A stretch of DNA of 63,546 nt, the filler included. It is 13 parts of 13 records of this genome, joined end to end, with 100 filler letters (N's around TTAATTAATTAA, not from the genome) between each part and the next. Parts side by side here need not be neighbours in the genome. Positions count along the whole stretch, not along the records: positions 59,911 to 63,546 come from SRR7504441_7373; 12 more parts are not named here. One strand, 5' to 3'. Made by a program: the position numbers and the translations under genes. Shown here one piece after another: positions 61,219 through 63,546 of the stretch (position 1 is the stretch's first letter; each line of letters starts with the position of its first letter). Below the pieces are notes generated by a model that saw nothing but the letters and a program-made list of their open reading frames with translations, was not told the DNA's origin and did no database searches.

Positions 61219-63339
61219 TCAGCGCGGTTTGGTCGCAGGAGGCTTGCTATGAAACGCAATCAGATCTTTGGTCAGCAAAGTTTCCTTGGTCGTCGTCGGC
61301 ATCGGCCGCACCGCCCCGAACTTGGCCGCAGCTTGCTTGCCTCCCTCCCGCGGGACCGGTGCCGGCTTGCCTCTCCTGGCTGCATCGTACAGCGCAGCTC
61401 TCTCCCTAGCCCGCGAAGGCTGCGAGTGGTTTAGCGGATTGGTACTGAACGGGGGAGAATTGGCCTGGGGAGAGAGAACTTTCTCGAACGGATCAAAGCC
61501 GGGCGGGTTGGGCTCCGGCGTGGGTGAGAGCGGCTGTCTAGGGAGTCCCAGAACCGCCGTGGTTGTGTTGAGCCTTGGTGCAGGTGGCCGCTCGACAGGC
61601 TTGGGCGTGGTCCGGCTGGTAGTAGCTGCGGCCTGCCCCCGGTAGTCAGCGCTGCATCTGGCCAAGCTCGCCTGTGAGAGTTCCTTGAGGAACCTCTTTC
61701 GGTCCATCATCTTGGAAAGACCCAAGCTCACCAGGTCTTCAGTGGTCAGCTGGGCTCGCACAGACAACAGATCTGCCATAGTCCGGAACCCCTCCGACGC
61801 AAACCGCCCGGCCAATTCGCCCAGCGACAACTGCTCCAGCAGCTCCGACACCGGCGTGTCTTGCTGGCTGTTACCATGGCATGGCTGGGCTATACACGCC
61901 CTAGCGCGCTGCGGTGACCGCGACTTGGATTTCAACGGCTTGGGTCTCTCCGCGGCCGGGGCGCCTCCTCGGAGGCGGGACGCAAAGTATGTGTGAGAGG
62001 TGGCCGTATTCGGCAGAGCCTCAGCCGGCTGCCTTGCCTGGGGCGGCGGCGGCGGTATCGCCATCGGATAAGATTTCGCCTGGACCGGTGGCGACAGCGA
62101 GGCCGAGCGCGAGGCGGAAGAGGCCACCTTGCGGTTCTCACGCTGCCGCAGCTGCGGCATGGTGATAGCCTCCCGTTCCGCTGGGGGGAGCAGAACTCTC
62201 CAGGGGGAGTGCGAGAGCATATTGAGGAAATCTGCAAACCTGATCGTGCCAGTGCCCTCCGAATCGAACTGGGCTAGCGTGTGCTGGACCACCGCCGGCA
62301 TCCGTTGCTCGTACGCCGCCGGCATCTCCCTTCCCATCTTTGACCAGAGCAGCATGACCAGCTGTCGTAGCTCCTCCCTGCCGAGCTCGCCAGTCCCTTC
62401 GCTGTCCACCGAATCAAACACCTCCCACGCCGCCCGCTCCACCCCGCGCAGCCGGCTCGGCGACCACCGGGCCGGCGCCACGGGCTCCGGTGGCGGGCTG
62501 GCCGCTGGCTTGGCCTTGGCTGTGGTGCGGTTAACCCACTCGCAGTTTCTCCAAGCTTCGTCGCCGCTCCCGCTCTGCTGGATGACACGCGCGGCGTCGA
62601 GCCGGTGAGCCGGCGGGAGCAGGACCCGCCAGGGCGGCTGGGCTATCATCTCGAGGAATTCGGCCCAGTTCACGTAAAACAAATAATCATCAAACCTATC
62701 GAACCGAGCTTGCACCCGCGCGGGGAGCGCGCCGGGCTCGAGGGCTGCCCCATCCCAGCTGAACCGATCGCGCAGCCCGGCCCAGAGCCGCTCGAGGTAC
62801 TGGCCGAATTCGGCCTTGCTCAGTTGGCCTTTGATCTTGGAGGCGCTAGCCGAATCTTCGGCATCCCACAGCTCCTTAGCCCATAGCAGCACAGACGCCA
62901 GCTCCGGCTCGGCCGGCCAGACCACAGTCCGAGCCAGCGCGGCCAGGTCTAGCCCGGATGCCGCCGGGGCAAGCTCCGGCGTCCCGAGCAGCATCACAAA
63001 CTGCTGGAGATCCACGCAACCCTCCGCTGACCTGTCCAGCCCGGCCAGCGCTGCGCTGACCGCCGGCTTGAGCTGACCCGCCGGCAGCCGGGCGCGGGTG
63101 TGGAGCAGCGTGTCGAGTGCGGCCACCGCCCGCCCCACCGCCCCGTCCTCCAGCACCCCGCGGCCCTCCGGGTCCCCGGCGGCGAACGCCTCCCGGAGGA
63201 TCCGCTCGGGGTTGGCGCTCAGCGGCACCGGGGCTGTGCGCAGGTCGGCCGGGCGGGCGCAGTCCTGTGGGCACCCGGTGGTGTGCCGGTGTTCCCAGCC
63301 CGCCGCAGGCCGAGCCGGGTGAGCGGCACGGGGCGGCAT
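61219..63339 (-). CDS. EF-hand repeat + SAM-domain protein with Pro-rich linkers (start uncertain)
   Basis: DSEGTGELGREE and DSEGTGTIRFAD; SAM-like VSELLEQLSLGELAGRFASEG..EDLVSLGL..DRKRFL. Confidence 0.75.
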   Translation of the reverse strand: MPPRAAHPARPAAGWEHRHTTGCPQDCARPADLRTAPVPLSANPERILREAFAAGDPEGRGVLEDGAVGRAVAALDTLLHTRARLPAGQLKPAVSAALAGLDRSAEGCVDLQQFVMLLGTPELAPAASGLDLAALARTVVWPAEPELASVLLWAKELWDAEDSASASKIKGQLSKAEFGQYLERLWAGLRDRFSWDGAALEPGALPARVQARFDRFDDYLFYVNWAEFLEMIAQPPWRVLLPPAHRLDAARVIQQSGSGDEAWRNCEWVNRTTAKAKPAASPPPEPVAPARWSPSRLRGVERAAWEVFDSVDSEGTGELGREELRQLVMLLWSKMGREMPAAYEQRMPAVVQHTLAQFDSEGTGTIRFADFLNMLSHSPWRVLLPPAEREAITMPQLRQRENRKVASSASRSASLSPPVQAKSYPMAIPPPPPQARQPAEALPNTATSHTYFASRLRGGAPAAERPKPLKSKSRSPQRARACIAQPCHGNSQQDTPVSELLEQLSLGELAGRFASEGFRTMADLLSVRAQLTTEDLVSLGLSKMMDRKRFLKELSQASLARCSADYRGQAAATTSRTTPKPVERPPAPRLNTTTAVLGLPRQPLSPTPEPNPPGFDPFEKVLSPQANSPPFSTNPLNHSQPSRARERAALYDAARRGKPAPVPREGGKQAAAKFGAVRPMPTTTKETLLTKDLIAFHSKPPATKPR

Positions 63340-63546
63340 TTTTCAAGCAGCAGGCCGCCAACGGCTCTCAGGTTGCCAACTGGGGCAAGCCGGCAAGGCA
63401 GCAGCTGGGACAGAGATGGAGCGCTCGCTCAGCTTGTCGGTGGAGCCGATCCGGAACGAGCCCGAGCCGGAGCTCCCGTGGCTGCGCGAGGCGCTCGAGG
63501 GCGATCTGGCCTTTGAGATCCCGCCCGCCGACGACCTGACCGGTGC

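Overview
The window is not one locus. It is 13 short contigs joined by 12 artificial 100-nt spacers (N-run + TTAATTAATTAA + N-run), typical of a concatenated metagenome bin or draft assembly. The DNA is nuclear sequence from a gene-dense, GC-rich microbial eukaryote; the lineage cannot be fixed from the sequence alone. It uses the standard code (TAA, TAG and TGA all terminate conserved genes). About 37 protein-coding genes or fragments are present, including CCT6, delta-COP, DIM1, ARPC2, a NEK kinase, a Nup205-like protein, GH127/146, GH31 and a VPS9 protein. Most are split by very short spliceosomal introns (mode about 38-43 nt), many with GC donors, so the ORF track fragments them. The main observations are: (1) a family of 37-41-bp near-palindromic GTTAAC-bounded elements that make up most of six introns in three genes on two contigs, in both orientations relative to transcription (candidate new introner/MITE family); (2) an intron-containing type I PKS fragment with a CurA-type GNAT-like decarboxylase, ACP, FkbM methyltransferase and divergent KS; (3) frequent GC-AG introns; (4) head-to-head genes whose start codons are only 27-84 bp apart; (5) several unusual domain fusions. 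All calls come from manual reading and motif recognition; no database search was run.
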